This document shows, piece after piece, positions 11,558 through 24,057 of a stretch of DNA of 64,000 nucleotides (position 1 is its first letter; each line of letters begins with the position of its first letter). Location of the stretch: NCBI RefSeq assembly GCF_009914755.1, contig NC_060937.1. One strand, 5' to 3'. A program made the position numbers and the translations under genes. The stretch comes from the human T2T-CHM13v2.0 reference genome, Homo sapiens. The notes beneath the pieces were generated by a model. It had not been told where the DNA came from. It saw only the letters and a program-made list of their open reading frames with translations, and did not search any database.

Positions 11558-14109
11558 GTAAGAGAAGAGTGGGGAGAAAGGTAAAAGGATGTGGGCAAGG
11601 AAGATAAAAATACAGAAAACATTTAAAAATGTAGTCAGCCTTCAGGTCTCATATGTACAGCCAAATATAAATATTATAAATATTATAATTTTTTTAGCCA
11701 AAAGAAGAATGCTTCGACCATCTTGAGTCTTCAGTCCCTCCTTCTTTTTACCCTTCCTGTATACTCTGTTTTACCTGTGCAGATCCTGATATCATCTGAA
11801 TTTGAGATCACTCAAATTGAATAAACATTTTATTTCTTCTGATTATTTTTACAACAGTAAGTACAATAGCTTGATTATAATAAATGATCAATAATAATTT
11901 ATAAATATAAATTAAATATATCATAGCTTATTGTCACTCTGTCAATTAATTTGAGCAAAAGTCATATAAGAACATAAGCATAAAAATTCCACACAAGTTT
12001 TTCTAAATAATTCAATAATCCTATATGATCTTAAAAAATACTTTTCATATCTTTCTTTTGGAGAAAAAATGAAATTTATCCTGATTCAGAAATGAAACAA
12101 TAATAGAGTATAAGTAGAACTCAAGAAAATTCCAAAAGAGATTATTCTCTCTTAAATAATTCAGTGTGGAAATGAATTGGGTTTAGTGTGATAATCTCTT
12201 TGAGAGATCTCTAAAATGATAAAGTATAATTTAAAGCATCTGTGGCCTACTTATTAAATTATTAATGTCAAGTGAGAAAGTGTTATTGCTGGTGCTGAAC
12301 CAAAAAATATGTCTGTGCGTGCAAAAGGGTTCTTTTTAAAATTTTTCCCTAACAAGTGTGAGCAGGACTTTGGTTTGGTTGTGTGCTTTCTTCATATATC
12401 ACAAATACCATTTGATATGCAAAATCATTGGGAAAGCATCAATTATGCAGAGGCAGTTAAGTGAAGTATACTAATATGCAATGATTCTAAACTACCACAG
12501 GGTGGTAGGAGATTCACTTTCCACAACATTTATCTAATTAGCAGAACTAACTGCTTTGCTATACTTCTACCACAATCAAATCCCTTATTAAAAACTATAT
12601 CATTGTTACTGCTCAATAAGAGTGAATAAAATCTCCAAGGCAAAAATTATACTTTGGGATATGCTATACTTAAAGTTCAATTCAACTAGAAACAACAAGT
12701 ATCCATGTATTAATTTGGTTGATTTGCATGTTTACATATTTTACTTCTTTTTCATAAAAGACAATTTACTTTTAATGATTAATGTAGGGGAAGTTCACAG
12801 GACATTGTAACAAATGTATCATATTATATGTTGTAGAGCCACCTAAATGACTATTTCAATACAAAATTCCAAATATGAAAATATACATATATGTATTATT
12901 GAATCAAAACTTTAGAGTTAGAAACAATTCTCAAATATATAGGGCCCCACTTTCTTATTTTACATGTATAAAATTACAGCTAGGATATATTACAAAGATC
13001 ACATTGATAATTTGTGGAGGAAATAACTCTAGTAACTAAATCTATGGAATACAAGCTATTTATTGTATTTAAATTATGCACAATTATGTGGTCATCCAGA
13101 GTCTTACTATTAGGTTTAAAGATATGCAGAACAATTAGTTGGTGAAAAATGAGTTTTATTTTCATTATTTCTTATGTGTGTTCATAGGGTATTGATGGAA
13201 GTATTTATATACTTTACATATTTAGTATTTGAGTAACACAATTTTATTTATTAGTTTTTTTTTTAACCAGGTCAAAAGCTAACTTGTACCCACTTTATTG
13301 TCTACTTATATGAAAAAAAATGAGATTGAAAAGAGTTTACTAGACTTGTTTGTTCCATCAAATATTACCATTTGAATTTTTATTGCCTCTTAAAAATATT
13401 TCACATATTATTATATATACCCACTTTAAAAATGTGTTAATCCCATCATGAAATTTTAATTATTGTTATTTTCTATGTGGATTGCAATACAACATATCTA
13501 TCTAAACTAGAAACACTTAGCTATTTCTTAAATGCTTGTTAAAAGTAGATTTCACCTTCCAAAATATTTAATTCTTAAGTGCAATATTCAAGACACGTTT
13601 CTCTTCTGTGTTTTAGTTTACATATATATACACAGACACAGATATACCCACACATATATATTAAACAATACACAGCTCAAATTCTAATTTACATTCAGGA
13701 ACTAAATACTAAAATTATTTTTAAAGTTTTACCTTTCCCAAAGACATTTTTATACATCTGTAATTACATAGTTTTACATTATTAAAAAGTTATGATTATT
13801 TTCATTCTATATAATTTGGAAGGAGAGAGTACTGTGTTGGGTGTTAAGAAGAATTTGTATGTAAATTATGTTTTACCTTAATTATTTTAAATATTTTCTG
13901 GTATATAAACACTACAAATACTAAATCATTTCCATTCTCCAAGCCAATGTTCTATAATACCAGTTTTAATACATACAAAAAAGTAGGCATAAAGACTTTA
14001 AAAAAGACAAAAAGTAACATGGTGAATTAGTGCTATAAAATTGTGTTAAAAAATAGTGAGGAAATATGACCAGAGTTTATTAGGGCAAAAAATTGAAACA
14101 CATGATAGG

Positions 14110-14191
14110 TAATTAAGATACAAATATAGTATTACTTGGTAAGTCAGAAATAATTAAGATACAAATATAGTATTACTTGGTAAGTCAGAAA
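14110..14191. repeat. Perfect 41-bp tandem duplication
   Basis: TAATTAAGATACAAATATAGTATTACTTGGTAAGTCAGAAA at 14110-14150 and 14151-14191. Confidence 0.97.
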
Positions 14192-15129
14192 TCTGTAGGA
14201 AACATAATAAGGAAAGGAAAAGTGGTGGAAATTTGTTGAAGGAAGTGTGACCCTTAGGTGGAGGCAGGCCGGATGGGAGTGGTGAAGCAGAGGATGTTGT
14301 CATATAGATCCTAAAGGTTTCTCACCACGGAGCCAGTAATAAAAGTATAAAAATCCACAAATAAACCCTAATGGTATCTTAGTTGTAAATACACTGAATT
14401 TGAGAGATTGGCATTATATTCTAGTAGAAATATTAAATCTTAGAGACTGTGGGACAATCACATGGGAGATATTTTTATTACAAAGTGAAATTTGGAGCCA
14501 TATGTAAAAAAGGATGTGAATACATTGAAATGAATGAGAGGAAAGTACTAAGGGTTAAAGACAAATTTTGTGAAATGTCAGAATGTAAAAGACTATGTAA
14601 AAATTAAAAATATGAGCTACCATGGAAACCAAATAAACAAAAATGCTATGGGTCACCCAATCAGATGGATCATGTCATTCATTTGAGCCCTCAGACATGT
14701 TGTGGTTCCCTAACTAGACTGGAAAATTCATCATCTTCTCCACAGACACCCCTAACACTTTATCTCATTGAATAACTATTATTTTTATAGACAAATTTCA
14801 TATGGCATTCAATAATATCAAAGAGCATACAAATAAGGTTGTTGTTAATGTTTTGGACATCATCAGTTATGAGTAGGGATTGGGGAGTGAAAATAATTCT
14901 GTCAAGCCAATGATAATAAGAGAAACATTTAATTGTTTGGAAAATAGTTTTATTCCTCAGGATCATGATTCTTATTTTACTCATACATGAAGACAAAATC
15001 AGAAAATATACATAAACTTATTTTTTGATTGATTGTAAATGCATTTATATGTCTTCAATCAAGAAAATAATCATATTTTAAACTTATTATACCTATAATC
15101 AATAAAATGTAAAATGTAATTTAAATCAA

Positions 15130-15290
15130 GTCTTCTTCCTTCCTGTTGACTTTGGATAGTCTGATGACAATATGCTTGGTGAAATTAGTTTTGCAATGTA
15201 TCTTTTAGCAGTTCTCTGAGTTTCTTTCAGCTGGGTTCTAAACCTCTGGTAAGACCAGGGAAGTTTTCCAACTCTTCTTATTATCTGGAA
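15130..15290 (-). mobile_element. Short L1 ORF1-region fragment
   Basis: TTGACTTTGGATAGTCTGATGACAATATGC...GACCAGGGAAGTTTTCC matches antisense L1 ORF1. Confidence 0.6.
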
Positions 15291-15849
15291 AACTTATGAG
15301 CAGTTAAGAGTCCCTACATTTTGATGTTTTTCATGATGGCCATAGTATATTTAAGAATAATATTTTAGAAACTATTTTTCTTTTAAATAGAAATACAAAA
15401 TAAAGGGTCTAAAATGTTTACGTGTTAGAACTAAATGTTTAAACATTATAACTAAATGGTTTTTTAAATAAACTAAAAAAAAACCTGTGGTATTTTAATT
15501 TTATACTTCATTACTCCATGACACAAAATTAAAAATGAAGATGCAACTAAGATGACAAATTATTTTAATTGATATACAACTGCAAATATCTCATTGGTAA
15601 AGTACTTTGTCTTTTACTTTCCTGGATTCTTTAGGCATAAATAATAGTTACAAATGCTTCGTAAAGGAATAGAAACCCGTATAGTACTTATGTAGAAAGA
15701 AATTTTCTGGAATATTAGCTTTAATATAAAAATTTTAATCTAAGGCTTCATATTATCATACAGCATAGAAGTTGAAATATTATGAAACCATTAATATGTT
15801 CACTCTCAATGGCAAAAGGTAGATACAATACCATAAACAAAAATAATGC

Positions 15850-16385
15850 CTATTTTAGTTCCCATTGGCTGCCACAAAAATTACAACAAACCACATGGCT
15901 TTAAACAACAGAAATGAATTATTTCACAGTTCTGTATTCCAGTCTAAAACCAAGTTTTTGGCATGGTCTGTTTCTTCTGGAGTCCTTGAAAAAGAACATG
16001 TCCCACTCCTCTACCCCAGTTCCTGGTGACTGCTTGAACTTTTCGGCATGCCTTGGTTTGTAGTTGCATAACTTCAGTCTTAGTCTCCAACTTCACATAG
16101 CTTCCTCCGTTGTATTTCTTCTTGTCCAAATCTGCCTCTGATTCGATCTTATAGGGACATCTTCATTGCTTGTAGGGCCCACCCTAATTTCAGAATGATT
16201 TCATCTGAAGATTCTTGTCTTAATTACATCTGAAAAGATGTAGTTTTCAAAATGAAGTAGGTTTCCTGTGTGTGTGTGAGTGTGTGTGTGTGTGTGTGTG
16301 TGTCCAAACAAGGTCTTATTTCCCAGGTTCTGGTGATTAGGACTCAAACCTATCTTCTGTGGGGGCCACTGTTCAATCCATTCCA
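15850..16385 (-). mobile_element. MLT1 (MLT1C-like) MaLR solo LTR
   Basis: GGCTTTAAACAACAGAAATGAATTATTTCACAGTTCTG, AGGGCCCACCCTAAT, TTAATTACATCTG and GGGGGCCACTGTTCAATCCA. Confidence 0.85.
16267..16303. repeat. (TG)n microsatellite inside the MLT1 LTR
   Basis: Direct reading; one AG interruption. Confidence 0.95.
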
Positions 16386-16499
16386 GTGTCAATCAAGTTA
16401 TAAAAAAAATACGAAACACTTACTATATGCTCTGTCATGTACTAAGTGTTTTGAGAGCCATTAGTTTATTTAAGTACCAAAATGAACCTATGAATAATT

Positions 16500-16640
16500 C
16501 TGCCTCTGAAGGAAGAGTTTCTAGTTTCAAATGCTGGCTCCATCATTGGCATATAACCTGACTTTATCACGCTTCAATTTTCTCATCTAGAAAGCGGGCA
16601 TAATAAGGATTGTTGTATTTAGTGAGCTAATATAAAAATA
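16500..16640 (+). mobile_element. MIR fragment
   Basis: GTTTCAAATGCTGGCTCCATCA...CTTCAATTTTCTCATCTAGAAAGCGGGCATAATA. Confidence 0.55.
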
Positions 16641-17335
16641 TGTGTATGTTAAAAACACATAATAAATCTAACAAGCACACCACAAAACGAATAGTAAATA
16701 TATTTGGTACTGCAAGTTGGATTTTCAATTATAATGAAATAACTGACTAACAAATCTGTCCGTTCTCCAAAAACAAGTAGAAACTGCATGAAATATTTGA
16801 AACAATGATTTTTGAATCATGAGTCACAGGAAAACATATAACAATGGCCAATGAGAGAAGGAAAATTAGCACTGTGGGTGACACAGCCAACCCAAACTCT
16901 GTCTGGAGGCAGTTTCCTGATCTTAGTGCAGACAAGGGAACTGAAACACAACAAAGAACTTACTGAAATGTAGAGATAATTGAATTTGGGTAGGATAAGA
17001 AGTCTGAAATTTGTAAAGCAGAATTTGTAAAGAGAAGCAGATCAGCATAAAGATCACTTTCAGTTGGGGTTAGGATTCTCGGTTGCTTATACATAATCAG
17101 AAAATTCCCAAGGCTTGAAAACATTTTTTACAAAGACCTATAAACGTAACAATTCACATAATTCATACAAGATTGAAAAAGCTTAACATTATCCATGTTT
17201 TATCAAATTTGAACTATCAATTCTTTAGAATATATATGACATATACATATTTAACAATTTACATTAGGCACACATAAAAATGTCATTAAAGTCACTCATA
17301 AGAAAATGCAAAATTAAATAATTCAAACTTAAAGC

Positions 17336-17703
17336 TGTTAGAATTTTATCCTGAGTCTTGAGAGGAATGCAGGTATATAACCTGAGTCATGCTGCATGTA
17401 GCTGCAACTTGTTTTTTTTTGTTTGTTTGTTTGTTTTGTCTTTTAAACTTCCTTGAAATATAGTAATCTGTAACCAATCAAATTGCTGTGGTGTGTGCAC
17501 TTGGTCTTGTACAGAAAATGTTGTAATCCTGCTAGAACTTCTGTTTTTGCCTACATAATTGAAACTTTAACTTTTCCACTTTGCAAAATGCTGCCCCCAT
17601 TCATTTAGTGTCCATGATTTCCCCCAGTGACCAACCTCAAGCTTTGTACTTGAATAGACTGGATAATTAATCATATTTTCTGAGTCTCATTATTTAAGTT
17701 TGA
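17336..17703 (+). mobile_element. ERV1-class solo LTR (subfamily uncertain)
   Basis: Starts TGTTAGAATTTTATCCTGAGTCTTGAGAGGAATG, has CCAAT box AACCAATCAAA, ends CATATTTTCTGAGTCTCATTATTTAAGTTTGA; interrupts an old L1. Confidence 0.65.
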
Positions 17704-18015
17704 AAAAAGCCACCAGCCCAATGAAGAAGGGCAAAAACATTGAGCAGATCTCAAAAAGATCTATAAATGTACCGATATATTTACTATATGAACAAATAGC
17801 ACAACAAATACTGAACATTTTTTGACATTGGTGAAATGTGGATATCATGTATTGGCAAGGATGTGCACCAACTGGCATTTTTGTAGAATATAAATGTATA
17901 TCTTGTTTGGGATGGTGATTAACTAGACATACACATTTGTCAAAACTTGTGAAACTGGAAATTGTACATTTAAATTGAGTGTATTTAATTTTGTGTAAAA
18001 TGCACTTCTATAATA
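17704..18015 (+). mobile_element. Old L1 (L1ME-like) 3' fragments
   Basis: CCCAATGAAGAAGGGCAAAAACATTGAGCAGA and CATTTGTCAAAACT...TGTACATTTAAA. Confidence 0.55.
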
Positions 18016-19428
18016 TGGATTTAGAAAGTAATAAATATTTTGAATAACAAAGTGTTAGACTTTGAATTAATTTAATATTTTCTTTGTAAATTTGTTAATC
18101 TTCAATGATACATGTGCCTTCCTTTTATAATTAAATGAATAAACAGTTAATATAAATGACTAATTGGGTCAAGTCTCTTTTTTTAACTAGTATAAATACA
18201 TCTTAATGAGACAGTCAGTTGGAGCACTCTGAAACTTTGGTCCTTAGAATAAATACATGAGTGATTTATACAATAGCAGTGAGTGTTTGTGCTACATTTT
18301 AATTCACTAACATATACCAACCAGTATGGGAAGCAGAAAAATCTACTCTGTTAATCAGGGCATGCCTGCTGACCTCTTGAATTTTATTCTATATTTCTTG
18401 ATCCCCAGGTAAAGCATTAAGGTCTGACCTGCTCTATGTCTGCACATGCATTGATTTGTAACACCAAATAAGGCAGCACAATCAAAGAGAAAAGTCAGAC
18501 AGAAACATCAGCTCCTTGCATAAGATGAAAGCTCTGCTGTTAATCATACTATTGATGGCATCACTAATGTAGTTAGCAACTAAATTTAGAAAAAGAGAAA
18601 GGATTCATTTATCCTCATCAAATCTGCTTTCATGCCTGTGTTCTTAGGAAAGTGGACTGCTAATTATCTAGGATATTTGTGCATTTAAAATTTAGTCCTT
18701 TCTTCCTTTCTTTCTTCCTACCCTTCTTCCAAGCCAGTGTGTTTATGAAAATAAATACTGAAGTAACACCTTCCACCATAACACATTCAATAATGCCATA
18801 ACCTGTGCAAACCTTCAGACAAAAAAACTTTCTTACTTGTTGATTAATCTCATACATAAACATGTTCAAACTAAAACAAAGAGAGAACATAGGAATAATT
18901 TTTAGAAGCAAGTTTGTAATGTAACTAATACATTTATTGCCAGAAGGTGAACATGTATACATGTGCAACTTCATTGTTAAAATATTTTGAAAAGTATAAA
19001 GTACTAATTAACATAATAAATATACAATAATATTATCTATTACCAGAAGTAGCACAAAGCCCTTGATTATCAAGTTTTAGAGTGTCTCCATTGTTGCTTT
19101 GTGAGATATTCTGGGGACTGAGCGAAAACTTTCTCTTTATTAACAACAGGAAAATTATAATGTATTGGCTACTCTGAAAAGTGAAATAGCTACAAAACAT
19201 TGTAAAGAAAACCTGAAATTCTTCATTAACATTAAAATTTGACCACTAATCTTGGTGAGTTCCTTATTTCAAACAGTAATTCCTATTTCATGATATTTAA
19301 AAATTATTAGTAACATTAGAGTTCATATAGCGCCTCCCAATCAGCAAACACACTATTACCGGAGAAGAAATTGACATATTAACTACATGAATCCTTTCAT
19401 TGTTGAATCATTCCAGTTAAACACAAAT

Positions 19429-19484
19429 ACACACACACACAGATACACACACAGACACAGATACACACACACATACACACACAC
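19429..19484. repeat. Interrupted (CA)n microsatellite
   Basis: Direct reading; GATA/GA interruptions. Confidence 0.9.
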
Positions 19485-19653
19485 CTGTTTTTCTCCCCCT
19501 GTAGAACTACAACTGTATGTTACTGGTATAAGTTCAGACCTCTAGCATCAGATAACAAATACCCTTCACCTTCTACATAAATAGATAGTCCTTCCAATTT
19601 TGAAAGCCAGTCTAGGGTCTTAAATGCTTCTCTTCTAGGCTGTCTAAAGTGAG

Positions 19654-19863
19654 CAGTAGTATGCTGAAGCAAGATTGAACTGCCTCTTGGTACGGAATTG
19701 GTAGTGAACTTTCAGGAATTTTGCTAGCCTTTATATAAGGTTGGTAGCTTGAAACTGGGCATGACAAAATATTTACATCATGGTAATCAGCAAATAGTGC
19801 AAATCAAGGCTTCTTTCCTACTGACCTCCAGCTGGTTACTAATCATTTACCAACACATCAGTG
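19654..19863 (+). mobile_element. MER63-type hAT non-autonomous DNA transposon
   Basis: Degenerate TIRs CAGTAGTATGCTG ... CAACACATCAGTG; internal TTTCAGGAATTTTGC, TTGGTAGCTTGAAA and AAATCAAGGCT. Confidence 0.75.
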
Positions 19864-19955
19864 ATTATATTCCTTTTCAAAAGTAATTGCTCTTTCAGAA
19901 AAAGAAAAAAATTGGAGAAAGGGAAGGAAAGAAAGGAAAGGCAGGGCAGAGAAAA

Positions 19956-20861
19956 AGCACTATAAACTTCCCTGTTAACACTGCTTTAGCTGTGTCCCAG
20001 AGATTCTGATATCTTGTATCTTTGTTCTCATTAGTTTCAAAGAATTTCTTGATTTCTGCCTTAATTTCCTATTTACTCAAAAGTCATTCGGGAGCAGATC
20101 ATTTAATTTCCATGTGATCGTATGATTTTAAGCGATTTTGTTAGTATTGATTTCTATTTCTATTGCACCATGGTCTTAGTATGGTTGGTATGATTTCGTT
20201 ATTTTTTTAAATAGGCTGAGGATTGTTTTATGTCCAATTGTGTGGTTGACTTTAGAGTATGTGCCATATGGTGACAAGAAAAATGTATATTCCATTGTTT
20301 TGGGGTGGGGAGTTCTATAGATGTTTATTAGGACCATTTGGTCAAGTGTCAAGTTCAGATCCTGAATATCTTTGTTAGTTCTCTGCCTTAATGATCTATC
20401 TAATATTGTCAGTGGGATGTTGAAGTCTCCCACTGTTATTTTGTTGTTATCTAAGTTTCTTCATAGGTCTCTAAGAAGCTGCTTTATGAAACTGGGTGCT
20501 CCTTTGCTGGGTCTGTATAGATTTAGGGCAGTTAGGTCTTCTTCCTGAACTGAACCCTTTACCATTATTTGATTCCCATTTTTTGTAATTTTCAAATTGT
20601 TGTTGGTTTAAAGTTTGTTTTGTCTGAAACTAGACTAGCAACCCCTGCTTTTTTTCTGTTTTTCATTTTCTTAGTAGATTTTTCTCCATCATTTAGTTTG
20701 AGCTTATGGGTGTCATTGCATGTGAGATAGTTCTTTTGAAGACAGCATACAAATGGGTCATTATTTTTTATCCAATTTGCCATTCTGTGCCTTTTAATTG
20801 GGGCATTTAGCTTATTTACATTCAAGGTCAGTACTGAAATGTGCGAATTTGTTCCTGTCAT
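19956..20861 (-). pseudogene. Disrupted L1 ORF2p N-terminus (APE-like endonuclease)
   Basis: MTGTNSHISVLTLNVNKLNAPIKRHRMANWIK from the ATG at 20861; GDFNIPL...DRSLRQRTNKDIQDLN in a second frame; frameshifts and stops. Confidence 0.9.
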
Positions 20862-20929
20862 TCTGTTGTTAGCTGGTTATTATGAAGACTTGATTGTGTG
20901 GTCACTGGTCTACGTATTTTGATGTGCTT

Positions 20930-21934
20930 TTGTAGTAGCCAATAACGGCCTTTCCTTTTCATAGTTAGGATTCTCTTTGGGACCTCTTATAAGGCAGGTC
21001 TTGTGGTAACACATCCCCTCAGCATTTACTTCTCTGAAAAGGATTTTATTTCTCCTTTGCTTATGAAGCTTAGTTTGACTGGATATTAAATTATTGGCTG
21101 AAAATTATTTTCTTAAGAATGCTGAATGTAGGCTACCTGCCTATTCTGGCTTGTATGATTTCTGTTAAAAGGTTGGGTGTTAGCCTGATGAAGTTCCCAT
21201 TGTAAGTGATATGCCCCTTCTCTGTAGCTGCCTTTAACTTTTTTTTTCCTTTTATTTCAACCTTGGAGAATATGACTATGTGTCTGGGGATGGTCTCTAA
21301 TGTAGTATTTCATGTGGCTTCTCTGCATTTCCTGAATTTGAATGTTTGCTTCTCTAATGAGGTTGGAGAGATTTTCATGGATGATATCCTGAAATATGTT
21401 TTCCAGGTGGCTTGCTTTCTCTCCTCCTCTTCCAGGGATGCCAATGAGAAATAAATTTGATCTCTTTAAATAATCTCATATTTCTTGGATATTTTTTATT
21501 CTTCTTTATTTTTTCTTTATTTTTGTCTGACTGAATTACTTTGGAGAAACAGTCTTCAAGCTCTGAGATTCTTTCCTCAGCTTGGCTGATTCTGCTGTTA
21601 ATACTTGTGTCTATATTCTGAAATTCTTGAAGTGAGTTTTTCAGCTCTATCAGATAAGTTTTTTTTATTTTTTTAAAAAAAGCCATATGTCTTTCAGCTT
21701 CTGTATCATTTTATTGTATTCCTTAGAATCCTTGGATTGGGTTTTGACTTTCTCCTGAGCCTCTATAATCTTTATTCCTATCCATATTTTGAATTCTATT
21801 TCTGTCGTTTCATCTATTTTAGCCTGGTTAAGAACCATTCCTGGGGGACTAGTGTGGTGGTTTGGAGGAAAAAAGAACAAGAAGACACTCTGGCTTTTTG
21901 AGTTGTTAGAGGTTTTGCACTGGTTCTTTCTCAT
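20930..21934 (-). pseudogene. Disrupted L1 ORF1p
   Basis: MRKNQCKTSNNSKSQS from the ATG at 21934; coiled-coil piece ELKNSLQEFQN...SRISQAEERISELED; split over several frames. Confidence 0.85.
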
Positions 21935-23600
21935 CTTTGTGAACTGATGTTCCTTCAATCTTTGAAGTTACTGTCCTTTGATTTTTTTTCTTTTTGCTTT
22001 ATCTTCTTTGATGTCATTGGGAATTTGATTGTGGTATAAGGTGGGTTCAGTTAATTGGCTTTGTTTCTGGAAGATTTTAGGTAGTCAAGGCTCAGTTCAG
22101 CACTACTGAGCTGCATGCTGTAATTCTGGGGGGCTGGTATTGGCCCCAGGCTTTGTTCTGTGGTCTCTCGAAGTTAGAAATCTGTGCTGGAGGGGCCAAG
22201 GTGTTGAGCTGCTGGCCACAACACTCTGATGGATGGTGCCAACCACTTTGTTGGGTTGTAGCAGCAGAATCCATGATGAATTACACATGCCAGCAACAGT
22301 GGCAGCATAGCAGGATGCATGCTCATCAGCTGGGGTGGGGCGCTGGTGGGTGTAGTGGTGTTGGCCTCCATGTGGGTGTTCACAGCTGCACCGATGGTGG
22401 CGTGAGGGAAAGGGATTGGGGGTATGGCCTCTTGTCTCCTTGTGCACATTCACACTGGTAGCAGTGTTGGCCTGGGGCCAGGGTACTGATGGGTGCACGG
22501 CTGGCAGCCACCATGCACACATTCATGCCAGTGCAGTAGCAGTGCTCATTTTCTTGAATTCCTAAATGATTACAATTTTTTTCTGTAATACTGTGCAAAC
22601 ATTGTTTTCAGAGGAGAAAGTTACATTTAAATATATTTCAGATAAGAAAATCGTAAAATTCCCATCAATAACCATAGACATATTTATTGACAAGCTGAGA
22701 GGGGTGAGGTGAATACTATATACTTTCAATAAAACTTGGTTTAGGAAACTATAGCAAATTTTTACATTTCTCTTCATGACCACTGTAACTGTCTTCTAAT
22801 TTTGTTCTTATTTCAAGATTTCTCCTTTTGAATGCATTCTCTGGAGTGCTGCCTAAGGTACCTTACTAAAATGTAAGTATTATTAAGTTACCACTTCGTT
22901 TAATTTTTCCCCAATGGCTTTCCATCACTATAGATTTGTAAACGATTCTTAGAATGTAATATGTGCTCTTTGACCTATAACCATCTTCCATTCCATTCAA
23001 CATTTCTCAATTCAAACACTTAACAGTGAGTAGCTAATGTATGTTAGCATTAGATACCATGGAGATATATAAATGGATATGGCATGGCTCGTGAATTAAG
23101 GAAGTTACATTCTGGATAAGAAAACAGATAAGTAAATAGATAACCCCATACCAGAGTTTACAAAATAACCCATACTATAGCCCAAATTCACAGATGAAAT
23201 GAAATCTTTGAATTCAGTTTATTTTAACTCTAGTTCTTCCCTAAATACATACCAACACATTACTAGGGAAATAAATACAAGAAACTAAATATTTCATGTG
23301 AGTAAAGTATATGGGAAAGCATAAACATTCTCTGGAGATTAATGTTTCCTCTCACTTAGAAAATACAAAACAGCCACAACTCTTAGCTTTGCTTCTCCTC
23401 CCTCATTATTTTATTTAAAATAAGGTTATTTGTTTATTCATTTAGGATGAGGTCCATGCTTATGCAACCATGTGGAAGTAGAGGAGAAGACAATGGGGTT
23501 TTATAATGGCATCTGGAGATTTGTTATTTTCTGATATATATATATTTGGGGAAAATTCCCTTTCCCATAGGTACATCACTTCCCTTGCTGGAATTCCTAG

Positions 23601-24057
23601 TGAAGTAGTTAAAGTATGCTCTTCTGGCATACTGACTATTTAAGCTAAACACACTTGAAAAATAGCAGGTGCAAGATCACTCTGATCTTTGTGCTGTTTC
23701 TCAGAGCAGAAAACAGAATTCCTGTATGAAAGCCGTTCTTATACTAGAAGGAAAAACAACATCCTTATGTTCAAGGACAAGAAGTCAAGACCAAGAGAAG
23801 TCTGTGCTGACCTTGCAAAAATAACTCATCTTTTAAGCCTTCTCATATAATTTAGTCACAGCTTAACAAATGACTATTCTTTGTCCAATTCATTATTTAA
23901 GTAACTGACTCTAACTGCTTCTTTGAGGTCTTCATGTCTTTAATAACTAAAATGCATATTGTGTTTTTCTCCTGTTAATCTATTAAGTCAATTTAATTCT
24001 TGAACCTAGCTAGCCAGGACCCTAAGAGGATAAAGGTGGAGTTTTGCTGCCTTTACA
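23601..24057 (+). mobile_element. MER34-group ERV1 solo LTR
   Basis: TG...CA termini (TGAAGTAG...GCCTTTACA); TGGCATACTGACTATTTAAGCT and TTTTCTCCTGTTAATCT; 4-bp flanks CTAG/TTAG. Confidence 0.75.

Larger units (their letters stand above)
19956..22550 (-). mobile_element. Old primate L1 (L1PA13-16/L1PB-like): 5' UTR piece, ORF1 and ORF2 endonuclease region; RT and 3' end absent
   Basis: ORF1p and ORF2p fragments on the minus strand; GC-richer 5' UTR-like sequence at 22080-22550. Confidence 0.9.

Noticed and set aside
22092-22598. Cluster of overlapping longer ORFs (up to 139 aa) in GC-richer sequence
   Set aside because: They lie in the L1 5' UTR-like region, where higher GC lowers stop-codon frequency; no recognisable protein.
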